A DNA stretch of 64,000 nt from an uncultured virus (IMG/VR IMGVR_UViG_3300044295_000401) (lineage: Duplodnaviria; Heunggongvirae; Uroviricota; Caudoviricetes): IMG/VR virus record IMGVR_UViG_3300044295_000401. One strand, 5' to 3'. The position numbers and the translations under genes are program-made. The first letter of the stretch is position 1, and every line of letters begins with the position of its first letter. The notes beneath the pieces were generated by a model, which worked only from the letters and a program-made list of their open reading frames with translations, had not been told where the DNA came from and made no database searches. Shown here one piece after another: positions 1 through 7,789 of this stretch.

Positions 1-169
1 CGAAATAGAACTCTTCTTACACATCTCATAATGTGTAATAATCTTAGTTAGTAGAATTAGTACAGGATCATTAGTAAACTTACTCTTCATGTACTCTCCT
101 TATTAGAAATCAACGGCCCAAATCATACCGTGTATGAAATAGGCCGAGATTAAGATTGTTTGTATATAA

Positions 170-442
170 CTAGCTTACAATACGCTTACGTGCTTCTTCG
201 TAAAAGCTAACACCATATTCTTTAAGAAGCGATTTACCTAGTACTTTACCTTTGCTTACATTAGTACAAGGTTTACTTACTACAACAGTATCTCCAGTAT
301 CAGAAGAGGTTACAAGTGATACAGTAGGATTATCAGTAGTGACTTCTACCTTAAGTAGAGTACCATTATTACCAAGAAACGATTGAGTAGTGACGAACTT
401 ATTGTTAACCAGTTTATAACGTACACGAGTCATCTTATCCAT
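170..442 (-). CDS. hypothetical protein
   Basis: 90-aa ORF with AAAGGA SD upstream, co-directional with neighbours. Confidence 0.6.
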   Translation of the reverse strand: MDKMTRVRYKLVNNKFVTTQSFLGNNGTLLKVEVTTDNPTVSLVTSSDTGDTVVVSKPCTNVSKGKVLGKSLLKEYGVSFYEEARKRIVS

Positions 443-443
443 T

Positions 444-599
444 TTATTTTCCTTTGCTTATTACAGAACAAGTTATTAGAATAAAGAACAATACAAAAGG
501 ATTACATATTATACCAATAAAAAGATACATAAAAAGCTGTAATGTTTTATTTTGTAGAATAAGTAATCCAATAAACAAACTGATAATTAAAGTAAGGAT
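444..599 (-). CDS. small two-TM membrane protein, probable ATC start (not in ORF track)
   Basis: Open frame of 51 codons (ILTLIISLFIGLLILQ...LFFILITCSVISKGK*) filling the gap between two genes; AAGGGGG just upstream of ATC. Confidence 0.4.
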   Translation of the reverse strand: MLTLIISLFIGLLILQNKTLQLFMYLFIGIICNPFVLFFILITCSVISKGK

Positions 600-608
600 C
601 TAACCCCC

Positions 609-851
609 TTAAAACCATTTAGGTAAATGGTCTTCTTTTTGTTTTTGATTAATTAGTTCAAAATATTTAGAATTCCAACTATTATAATAACCATCATGTA
701 ATCTCTTTGTAGTGATTTTTCCTGTGCTATAAGAAAAATAAACATCAATTACCTGACATATATCGTTCTTAATGTATCCTCCTTCTGTATTATGTATATA
801 CTTTACTATGTCTCCAACTTTTAGTATGTTACCTTTTCTATCTTTAACCAA
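609..851 (-). CDS. small KOW/SH3-like protein with C-terminal HLPKWF tag
   Basis: LKVGDIVKY near the N-terminus; ends KEDHLPKWF*. Confidence 0.7.
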   Translation of the reverse strand: MVKDRKGNILKVGDIVKYIHNTEGGYIKNDICQVIDVYFSYSTGKITTKRLHDGYYNSWNSKYFELINQKQKEDHLPKWF

Positions 852-949
852 AGATATACCTTTCCTCTTTCAGAAGTGAAACTTATGACGCATACATGTG
901 ATGGTATCAATCAGCGCGTTTCACTCCTTAAGTTTATCATACTTTTTGT

Positions 950-1294
950 TCAAATGCAATAGTCACCATACATTTTCCAAGGAAGAGTTATCCAAAAGGT
1001 TTCTGTTTTAGTATAATAACCTCCTGCAAGTTGTACATACTTTATGTTGTTAGGTTTAAAATGAATTAAACCATATTGTTTCCAACGCATCTGTATATCA
1101 TATGAATATTCTAATTCACGGATAAGTTTAGGATTTACTTCATCACTTAAGATACCAACATAACCTTTTTTATCTTTCCAGGTATACTTATCACAGTTAA
1201 TTAAAATAACATCGTCGATGTTAGTAATCTTCTTTTTAGTTTTAAAGTTAATTACTGTGTAGTCTTTACCATTCCAATAAACAAAAGCTTTCAT
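950..1294 (-). CDS. hypothetical protein
   Basis: ORF whose ATG overlaps the upstream TGA (ATGA), suggesting translational coupling. Confidence 0.55.
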   Translation of the reverse strand: MKAFVYWNGKDYTVINFKTKKKITNIDDVILINCDKYTWKDKKGYVGILSDEVNPKLIRELEYSYDIQMRWKQYGLIHFKPNNIKYVQLAGGYYTKTETFWITLPWKMYGDYCI

Positions 1295-1545
1295 AGCCAT
1301 TCCGGTAAATGATCTTTTTTACGAGGTTCGAGAAACAAAAAACCTTCTTCAATATGAGTAATGATTTTACCTTTATGATGCCAAATATCATTACGACTTC
1401 TAAAAATATCTTGAAGACATTCAAGATCATAGGTTGGAAATGAACCATTTCCTTTTCTAACAACCTTAAACCTATGCTTTTCATTATACCAATTGTTATG
1501 CTTACACTTTTTATATCTTACAATATCACCCGGTTTAAACTTCAT
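1291..1545 (-). CDS. small KOW/SH3-like protein with C-terminal HLPEWL tag
   Basis: MKFKPGDIVRY start; ends RKKDHLPEWL*. Confidence 0.7.
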   Translation of the reverse strand: MKFKPGDIVRYKKCKHNNWYNEKHRFKVVRKGNGSFPTYDLECLQDIFRSRNDIWHHKGKIITHIEEGFLFLEPRKKDHLPEWL

Positions 1546-1547
1546 TA

Positions 1548-1838
1548 TTAACCTACACTTTCAACAGCTTTAATATCACTAAACATTATAGATGACACTT
1601 CTTCGATTTCTTTAAAGAGAGAAGGATTATAAGAAACGTTATCATAATTATAATCTTCTGCTGCAAGAAACTCAATAGAAAGATTTTGAGGTTCATCATT
1701 AATAATATCTGAACAACTAACATATGCATAGTGTTCTTTTTTATTTAATGCAATATACAAAAAACAATAATAACGTTTGGTTTCATTATCAATACCATAG
1801 TTATTAGTAGGTGCAACCGTTCCATTAAAGACATTCAT
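1548..1838 (-). CDS. hypothetical protein (likely start MNVFNGTV)
   Basis: The 3' part of track ORF 1548..1940; the upstream part overlaps ORF 1825..2088, and GGAG lies upstream of the internal ATG. Confidence 0.5.
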   Translation of the reverse strand: MNVFNGTVAPTNNYGIDNETKRYYCFLYIALNKKEHYAYVSCSDIINDEPQNLSIEFLAAEDYNYDNVSYNPSLFKEIEEVSSIMFSDIKAVESVG

Positions 1839-2088
1839 CTTCATCTCCTTCTTCATCCGTATGATAAAAGAAACCTTCAGCTTCATCGTAAATACTTCTA
1901 AGTTCTTCAGAATCTTTACCAAGAAGAATATCACCTTCATAAGTAGTCATAATACAACCATCAACGTCTTCAACTAAACCATTACGAAACATAGTAGTTT
2001 GCATATCTACTGAACAATGAGGCGAGAAATCAAAATTAGTTTCAATGTATTCAAGTTCTTTAACAATATCATCTTTAGAGTATCTCAT
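1825..2088 (-). CDS. acidic hypothetical protein
   Basis: 87-aa ORF with AAGGAG SD. Confidence 0.6.
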   Translation of the reverse strand: MRYSKDDIVKELEYIETNFDFSPHCSVDMQTTMFRNGLVEDVDGCIMTTYEGDILLGKDSEELRSIYDEAEGFFYHTDEEGDEDECL

Positions 2089-2181
2089 TATTAATCCACT
2101 CCTTTATTAAAAATATAAAATAACTAATAGCAATTAAACAAGCAATTGGAATTAAAACAATTCTAAGAATAACTTTCCATA

Positions 2182-2379
2182 TCATAGCCATTCCGGTAAA
2201 TGATCTTTTTTAATAACTATTTTACTTAGCTTACTTTCCATTGTCCACCATTCTTGTTCTGTACCCCAATCGGTATAAGGATTTAAACAACGAATCCAAT
2301 ATTTATAACCTTGAATTCTAGTGATAACCCGAATTTCGCCTTAATGAAGGACATGATCTCCTTTTTTAAACTTGCTCAT
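2182..2379 (-). pseudogene. HLPEWL-tag family gene with one in-frame TAA (2341-2343)
   Basis: Manual translation: MSKFKKGDHVLH*GEIRVITRIQGYKYWIRCLNPYTDWGTEQEWWTMESKLSKIVIKKDHLPEWL*; same N- and C-terminal motifs as its paralogues. Confidence 0.7.
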
Positions 2380-3133
2380 TGAACCATTCCTTTACCGCGT
2401 TTTTGTAAGATTGAAGCGTAGTTCCTTGTAGTCCGGGTGCAGTATTAACTTCTAATACTACAGGATTATTATCTTTATCAATAACAATATCTACCGCACC
2501 AAAGTCAAGACCCAAAGTTTGTACAGCATTAATAGCAGCGAGATTAAGATCTTCCGTAACCGTAATACCTTCTCGCACAAATACCCAACCTTGCTCATAA
2601 CTTCGGATATATTTATTATATACAGAACTCTCTTGATAACCTCTACGTCTACGTTTTTCAACTACATCTATTACAGTACCATTAAACACATGAACTCTAT
2701 ATTCTTTTTCTTTACGAATATATTTAACATACAAAGGAGCAGCAACCAAATCATCTACAGTCTTAGCAATAACAATACCTTTACCGCTATTAGAACGAAG
2801 TAGTTTACGACAAAGAACAATACGATTATTGTTAATCCATTCTTTAGCTTGCTCAATATCAGTAGTAAACTCAGGTATTTTAATTCCACCCTCTTTCATT
2901 TTAATAAAGGCTGTTAGTTTATTACTAGCAACCTTTACAGCGTCAGGTTTATTAAGAATAGTAACTCTATCCAAGCTAAACATAGGATTAGAGTTACCCC
3001 AATTGAGTACAATCTTTTTACGACCATAAACAGGAGTAGATTGTTTTTTCATTATAGCAATAGGCGACAATGAACGAACTAATTCTTTAGCAGAATTACT
3101 ATATGATTTATAAGGAAGTACTTTAAGTTTCAT
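2366..3133 (-). CDS. ATP-grasp (RimK/glutathione synthetase-like) ligase
   Basis: Motifs NWG, ASNK, SGKGI, EYRVHV, GLDFGAVD, VLEVNTAPG. Confidence 0.85.
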   Translation of the reverse strand: MKLKVLPYKSYSNSAKELVRSLSPIAIMKKQSTPVYGRKKIVLNWGNSNPMFSLDRVTILNKPDAVKVASNKLTAFIKMKEGGIKIPEFTTDIEQAKEWINNNRIVLCRKLLRSNSGKGIVIAKTVDDLVAAPLYVKYIRKEKEYRVHVFNGTVIDVVEKRRRRGYQESSVYNKYIRSYEQGWVFVREGITVTEDLNLAAINAVQTLGLDFGAVDIVIDKDNNPVVLEVNTAPGLQGTTLQSYKNAVKEWFNEQV

Positions 3134-3142
3134 AATAATCCT

Positions 3143-4396
3143 TTAGTGTTTGGTTCCAGTTTTCTTTACCCAAAGAGATCCATCTTCATCAAGAAACCAA
3201 TCATCCATTGCGGCTTCGTTTTCATTAAAAGGATCATTACTATTATTAGCAATGATCTCATTTACTTTATTGATCTCTTCAATTGCAACTTTGTTAATTT
3301 CAGCAACAGAAGGAAGAGATTCTTTATCAAGTTTAATTTGTTGACGCGCCCCTTCTAAAGTAAACCCTTTCTTCATCAAAGACTTTTCTTCTTCGGTTAC
3401 TTGTTGATGTTCTGCTTCTGATTTAAAGGGGAAAACATTATTACGTTTATATACTTCTTCTTCCCACTTCTTCATTTCATCTTGGTAAAGAGTATCACTA
3501 TGTCCTAAATAGCTACGTTTAGTATAGCTAGGAGGAGTATAAACATCGCGGTTGGTTGTGTCAGTGTACTTTACAGTAAGTATAGGTTTACCAGTAAAAG
3601 GATCAATACGAACTAATGTATCTTCATTAACAGACTCTGCTTTACTAATGATAGTCAGTCCAAGATAAGAACAAGCATTTTTAATATCATTAAGTTTAGT
3701 AGAAAATACAAGACAATCAAGCTCTTTGATATATGCCGCACTAAGCGAAGCTCTAGTACGAAATACATCGAGAATGCGTTTACCATTGTTATCTCTACTA
3801 AAGATACCGCAAGCAAAGTATCCTTTAAGATCATCAATTAGATTTTGAATATCAGAAGGAAGTTTCATTACCTCATGTTCAAGATATTTATTAAGGATAC
3901 GTTCACTATCACAAGTAGAACGAATCTGATCTTGTATAGTATGATTACGAATCACTCCATTATGAACAAGAGAAGTATCGGCAACCAAATCAATAAAAGG
4001 ATGAGTGTTTGCAAACTCTCGTCCACTAGTTGCCATTCGTGTATGAAGAGTAATAGCAGTAAAGGTATCAGTAAGAGTACCAAAGCTATTATACTTTTCA
4101 ATAGGTTCGACATTATTTTCATCTTCCAATTTAACAAAGTCTTTGTATGACTCCTTCACTTGTTTAGTTATATTAGTATCAATCTTCTTACCCTTAGTAT
4201 ATTGATTACGAGTAACAAATGCTTCATCATTATACCACCAACGTTCACCGAATAGATTACCTCGATGATCGAGAGCAGCATAACCTAGACCATCGCTATT
4301 ACCCTCACTCATAAGCTCAGCCATTTGATGAATAAACTTATTAGCAAGTTTAGCTTTATCTTTCTTAATACCTGACATGATAAGTAGTCTGCACAT
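3143..4396 (-). CDS. class II (Ntn) glutamine amidotransferase
   Basis: N-terminal MC nucleophile, DGLG, HTRMAT, NTHPF, HNGVI, CDSE motifs. Confidence 0.85.
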   Translation of the reverse strand: MCRLLIMSGIKKDKAKLANKFIHQMAELMSEGNSDGLGYAALDHRGNLFGERWWYNDEAFVTRNQYTKGKKIDTNITKQVKESYKDFVKLEDENNVEPIEKYNSFGTLTDTFTAITLHTRMATSGREFANTHPFIDLVADTSLVHNGVIRNHTIQDQIRSTCDSERILNKYLEHEVMKLPSDIQNLIDDLKGYFACGIFSRDNNGKRILDVFRTRASLSAAYIKELDCLVFSTKLNDIKNACSYLGLTIISKAESVNEDTLVRIDPFTGKPILTVKYTDTTNRDVYTPPSYTKRSYLGHSDTLYQDEMKKWEEEVYKRNNVFPFKSEAEHQQVTEEEKSLMKKGFTLEGARQQIKLDKESLPSVAEINKVAIEEINKVNEIIANNSNDPFNENEAAMDDWFLDEDGSLWVKKTGTKH

Positions 4397-4411
4397 ATAT
4401 AAACTCCTTAA

Positions 4412-5869
4412 TTAAGCCGCTTCTTCTACAGTGATATGTTTACCATTTTGATCTTTAAACTTAGTAATACGTTGCTTGATATACTCAAGCAATTCATTAT
4501 CCAAGCCATAGTATTGACAAAACGTTTCTGCTTTATGCGCTTCAGTATCTACTTTAACATTCATGTTAGCAATTGTAGTAAGAATCTTTACCCAATTACT
4601 AATCTTCTCAAAGTTAGTAGAACCACTGTGAATACGAATCTCAATAGTTTGATGTTTGTTTAATGCCAACAAGTTAATACCGTTGTATCTACTATTACTA
4701 GTACCACCATTCAACGCAGCCCAAGCAGTATCAAAGTCTTCCCATTCGACTTTCTTAGAATACACAGTATCTTTAATACCATTAGAATCAATACCATCAA
4801 GGCGACTGCGGGGGTTCATAGCGTACAAGATACGTTGTGCTTTAAACAAATTATGATACACAACACTACGATCACGATGCCGCATATCAAGATGAACATG
4901 CAAACCACAACGACCACCTACACGACTTGAACCATTCTTATTAATAGCTTTCAATGCACGTTGTAGTACAAGATGAATCATAGCTTCGGGTGCAATGATA
5001 GTAAGTTCATGAGCATATTCAAAGCCAGGTACTTTACGAATACTACCATCATCTACTAAGCAAACAAAGTCTTGGACATTCTCTGCTTGCAATTCTTTAG
5101 CAAGATCATACTTATCTAGCTTGCTAACAAATTCAATTTCAACACCTACATGTTTAGCATCAGTCAAAGGTACTTTACGTTCAAAGATTTTTCTAAGGTT
5201 CTTAGCTTGTTGAAGTTCCAAAAAGGTTCCTCCTTCCATATGAATGAAATGATTATCTGAAATTTCAGGGATATAATATTTATATTCAGTACCTCGTAAT
5301 ACATCTTTGTATATGGCATCTCTACCTTGACCGCCTTTACCACCACCAACATACACTTTATACTTAGGAGATACAGGTAAACCATCGACAGAAAAAGTAC
5401 GCTCTTGATATTGAATATCTTTTAGTTGTTTACGATGTTCTCTAAGTTCAGCAAGAGCTTCGTTTTGTTTTTCAACAACAAGATCTTTAATACCTTGTTG
5501 TTTATTACGATCGTATTCAAGTTCAACATCTACTTGATATGATTTAACTCCATTGTATTTAGTAAGGCCGGAACTATCATCAATGAATTGGTTAAACAAC
5601 TTCCATTCACGATCCGCAGTAATGTGAATTACCTTTTTGTTTTTGCTGATAGCAAGTTGAACATTCAATTTTTTACGTGCATTACGCAAACACTGTTGTA
5701 GTTTTTGTGCAGCAACAAGTAGATCAGTATCTTCTGTTTCAGAATCTTCTTGAATTTTAAGAAGATCGCCACAGCCTTTAATTTTATTAATAGTCAATAG
5801 CTTTTGGTTAATTTTATTTTGATTAAAGTTATAATTGGTAACAGTTTTAACTTTGTACTTCAACGTCAT
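4412..5869 (-). CDS. putative amidoligase (COOH-NH2 ligase family)
   Basis: GVEIEF, DGSI, CGLHVH, RYNGIN, TIEIRIH motifs. Confidence 0.8.
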   Translation of the reverse strand: MTLKYKVKTVTNYNFNQNKINQKLLTINKIKGCGDLLKIQEDSETEDTDLLVAAQKLQQCLRNARKKLNVQLAISKNKKVIHITADREWKLFNQFIDDSSGLTKYNGVKSYQVDVELEYDRNKQQGIKDLVVEKQNEALAELREHRKQLKDIQYQERTFSVDGLPVSPKYKVYVGGGKGGQGRDAIYKDVLRGTEYKYYIPEISDNHFIHMEGGTFLELQQAKNLRKIFERKVPLTDAKHVGVEIEFVSKLDKYDLAKELQAENVQDFVCLVDDGSIRKVPGFEYAHELTIIAPEAMIHLVLQRALKAINKNGSSRVGGRCGLHVHLDMRHRDRSVVYHNLFKAQRILYAMNPRSRLDGIDSNGIKDTVYSKKVEWEDFDTAWAALNGGTSNSRYNGINLLALNKHQTIEIRIHSGSTNFEKISNWVKILTTIANMNVKVDTEAHKAETFCQYYGLDNELLEYIKQRITKFKDQNGKHITVEEAA

Positions 5870-6057
5870 ACGTTATTCTCCTTTGCAAAAACAGTTTCAA
5901 CTTTCTTATTGTAAGAATCAATAGCCACTTGTTCTTTAACAAATAAAAGATTATTGAATTCAATATCTTTGTTGTCTTCTATCTTAAACATATTAGCTTT
6001 CTTTAATAGTTTAATTATACGTCCTTTATGTTCAATAGATAATATAATTTTGTACAT
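5866..6057 (-). CDS. hypothetical protein
   Basis: ATG overlapping the upstream TAA (TAATG); stop overlaps the amidoligase start. Confidence 0.5.
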   Translation of the reverse strand: MYKIILSIEHKGRIIKLLKKANMFKIEDNKDIEFNNLLFVKEQVAIDSYNKKVETVFAKENNV

Positions 6058-6320
6058 TACAACCACTCCGGCAAATGACTTTTTTCATTAAGATCATTCA
6101 ATACAATAAAACCATCAGAGTTTGCTAATCGGTATGAAGTATAAGATTTATGCCCAACAGGAAATCCGAGTTCTTTGTTATTATTTATTAAAACTTCATC
6201 TTCAAATCCTGCTATAGCATATGTTGCAATATTAATTTTAGTTACTTTACAAACCATATCTTTAAAACAACCTGACTTATATTTAATAATCATTCCCGGT
6301 TTTAAATCTTCTGCTCTCAT
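6057..6320 (-). CDS. small KOW/SH3-like protein with C-terminal HLPEWL tag
   Basis: LKPGMIIKY near the N-terminus; ends EKSHLPEWL*. Confidence 0.7.
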   Translation of the reverse strand: MRAEDLKPGMIIKYKSGCFKDMVCKVTKINIATYAIAGFEDEVLINNNKELGFPVGHKSYTSYRLANSDGFIVLNDLNEKSHLPEWL

Positions 6321-6323
6321 TTG

Positions 6324-6581
6324 TTATACCTCAAACTCAGTATCCCAATATGATACAGTAAACAACCCTCTTACACCAAACTCACAAGCATTATGATTAG
6401 CTTTGTTCATAAAGTGTACAGCTTCATAGATTTCATTATTAACAATTGCATCATTAAGAAATTTAGAATTATATGCAATGATTTCATCAACAGTATTGAA
6501 TACACCTAGAAGTTTATTATTTCCAGGGGTAAAACTAGATTGATACAGCTTATATTTGTTAGATACTACTAGCTTATACAT
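6324..6581 (-). CDS. hypothetical protein
   Basis: 85-aa ORF with AAGGAG SD. Confidence 0.6.
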   Translation of the reverse strand: MYKLVVSNKYKLYQSSFTPGNNKLLGVFNTVDEIIAYNSKFLNDAIVNNEIYEAVHFMNKANHNACEFGVRGLFTVSYWDTEFEV

Positions 6582-6590
6582 ATATACTCC

Positions 6591-6791
6591 TTAAAACCAT
6601 TCAGGTAAATGTTCTTTATTATCAGATTTATATTTTTTTATTGTTTCAAATGTCCAATAACCATTATGATGCGTACCAGTATCTATATGTTCAACACGAG
6701 TTACATATTTTATAGTCATTGATACAATTTTATACAAACAATTAGGATTGTTGTAAAAATAAACAACATCTCCCGCTTTAAAAGGTATCAT
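6591..6791 (-). CDS. small KOW/SH3-like protein with C-terminal HLPEWF tag
   Basis: MIPFKAGDVVYF start (ATGA overlap with upstream stop); ends NKEHLPEWF*. Confidence 0.7.
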   Translation of the reverse strand: MIPFKAGDVVYFYNNPNCLYKIVSMTIKYVTRVEHIDTGTHHNGYWTFETIKKYKSDNKEHLPEWF

Positions 6792-7093
6792 AGCCACTCC
6801 GGTAAATGCGATTGTTTTTTACATTCATCGTTTCCTTCGTCTTCTATTTCTTCATCAATAGAACTATCGCAATACTCGGTATTATAACTTTCACATTCTC
6901 TTGCTTCAATTAATTCTACGTCAGGGAATTTATCTTTAAAGCGGCTTGCTCTAATATATCCTCCCTCTTGTTGAAAATAGTCTTTCATTTCGTCTAATGT
7001 TACTTGTGATATATCATTAGGAACTCTTACTTCTAATCGTCCACAACGATAATCATAATATGTTTCATTAAACGTCCATTTATATACTTTCAT
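6788..7093 (-). CDS. acidic protein with C-terminal HLPEWL tag
   Basis: Body unrelated to the KxGD paralogues but ends KKQSHLPEWL*. Confidence 0.65.
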   Translation of the reverse strand: MKVYKWTFNETYYDYRCGRLEVRVPNDISQVTLDEMKDYFQQEGGYIRASRFKDKFPDVELIEARECESYNTEYCDSSIDEEIEDEGNDECKKQSHLPEWL

Positions 7094-7097
7094 ATTA

Positions 7098-7217
7098 TTA
7101 TTCTACCCACCAATAAGGTTTATCACGTTTAGTCCATTTAGCAAAATCTTTTTTAGCTCCCATATAATAATTGCGATACGATTGAACTACATCATCTACT
7201 TTTACTGCATTTGACAT
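7098..7217 (-). pseudogene. C-terminal fragment of a pyrimidine-dimer glycosylase (endonuclease V-like) family protein
   Basis: MSNAVKVDDVVQSYRNYYMGAKKDFAKWTKRDKPYWWVE* resembles the family's C-terminal YRxYY..K..FAKW..R..P.W segment; N-terminal domain absent. Confidence 0.5.
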
Positions 7218-7226
7218 AATATTAAA

Positions 7227-7302
7227 TGGTCGGGCAAACGGGAATTGCACCCGCGACCCCCCGCTTATAAGACGGATGCTCTAACTGCTGAGCTATTGCC
7301 CG
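7227..7302 (-). tRNA. tRNA-Ile (anticodon UAU), CCA encoded
   Basis: Reverse complement CGGGCAA TAGCTCAGCAGTTAGAGC A TCCGT CTTATAA GCGGG GGTC GCGGG TGCAATT CCCGT TTGCCCG A CCA folds as a 76-nt cloverleaf. Confidence 0.9.
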
Positions 7303-7333
7303 AAATTTATTATTTAATCCTTTCTTTTTAAAA

Positions 7334-7396
7334 AATTGAACCCACCTTTACAACGCTTATAAGACGCCGCCAAACTACCGGCCTGCCACCGAGGGA
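7334..7396 (-). pseudogene. truncated tRNA-like element with UAU anticodon
   Basis: TCCCTCGGTGGCAGGCCGGTAGTTTGGC GGCGT CTTATAA GCGTT GTAAAG GTGGG TTCAATT followed by an A/T tract; 3' strands of the T stem and acceptor stem are missing. Confidence 0.55.
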
Positions 7397-7444
7397 ATTG
7401 AAAACAAAAATTTATTTAATACGTGTAACCGACCGAGATTAAGT

Positions 7445-7789
7445 TTATTTCCACGTTTGTTTATAAGGCACAACAGCGCCGCATTTACAACCAACATTAA
7501 ACAAAGTTTTGCTATCACAAGTACAAGATTTTTCAATAATATCTTTTACATTTTCAAATCTTTTAATAACATTTAAACTGCTATTATTATCTAATACAAA
7601 ATCATTATCAATTGCTGCTGGATAAGTAAAGATATTTATATATCCAAGCAACCATTCTTTTCCTTTAGGTGTAGTTATATATGAAATAGTATACATAGGA
7701 GTATACAAAGTATTAACAATATCATCAATTCTTATTTTAAGATCAGGTTCTGCAATGCTTTTAATTATATCCCCTTTTTTAAATTTCAT
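7445..7789 (-). CDS. KxGD (KOW/SH3-like) protein with C-terminal CxC...CxC motif
   Basis: MKFKKGDIIKS start; CTCDSKTLFNVGCKCG near the C-terminus; no HLPEW tag. Confidence 0.6.
   Translation of the reverse strand: MKFKKGDIIKSIAEPDLKIRIDDIVNTLYTPMYTISYITTPKGKEWLLGYINIFTYPAAIDNDFVLDNNSSLNVIKRFENVKDIIEKSCTCDSKTLFNVGCKCGAVVPYKQTWK

Noticed and set aside
2519..5385. Antisense and alternate-frame ORFs inside the ligase and GATase genes, and similar ones inside structural genes
   Set aside because: Shadow ORFs of long coding regions, with no motifs or translation signals
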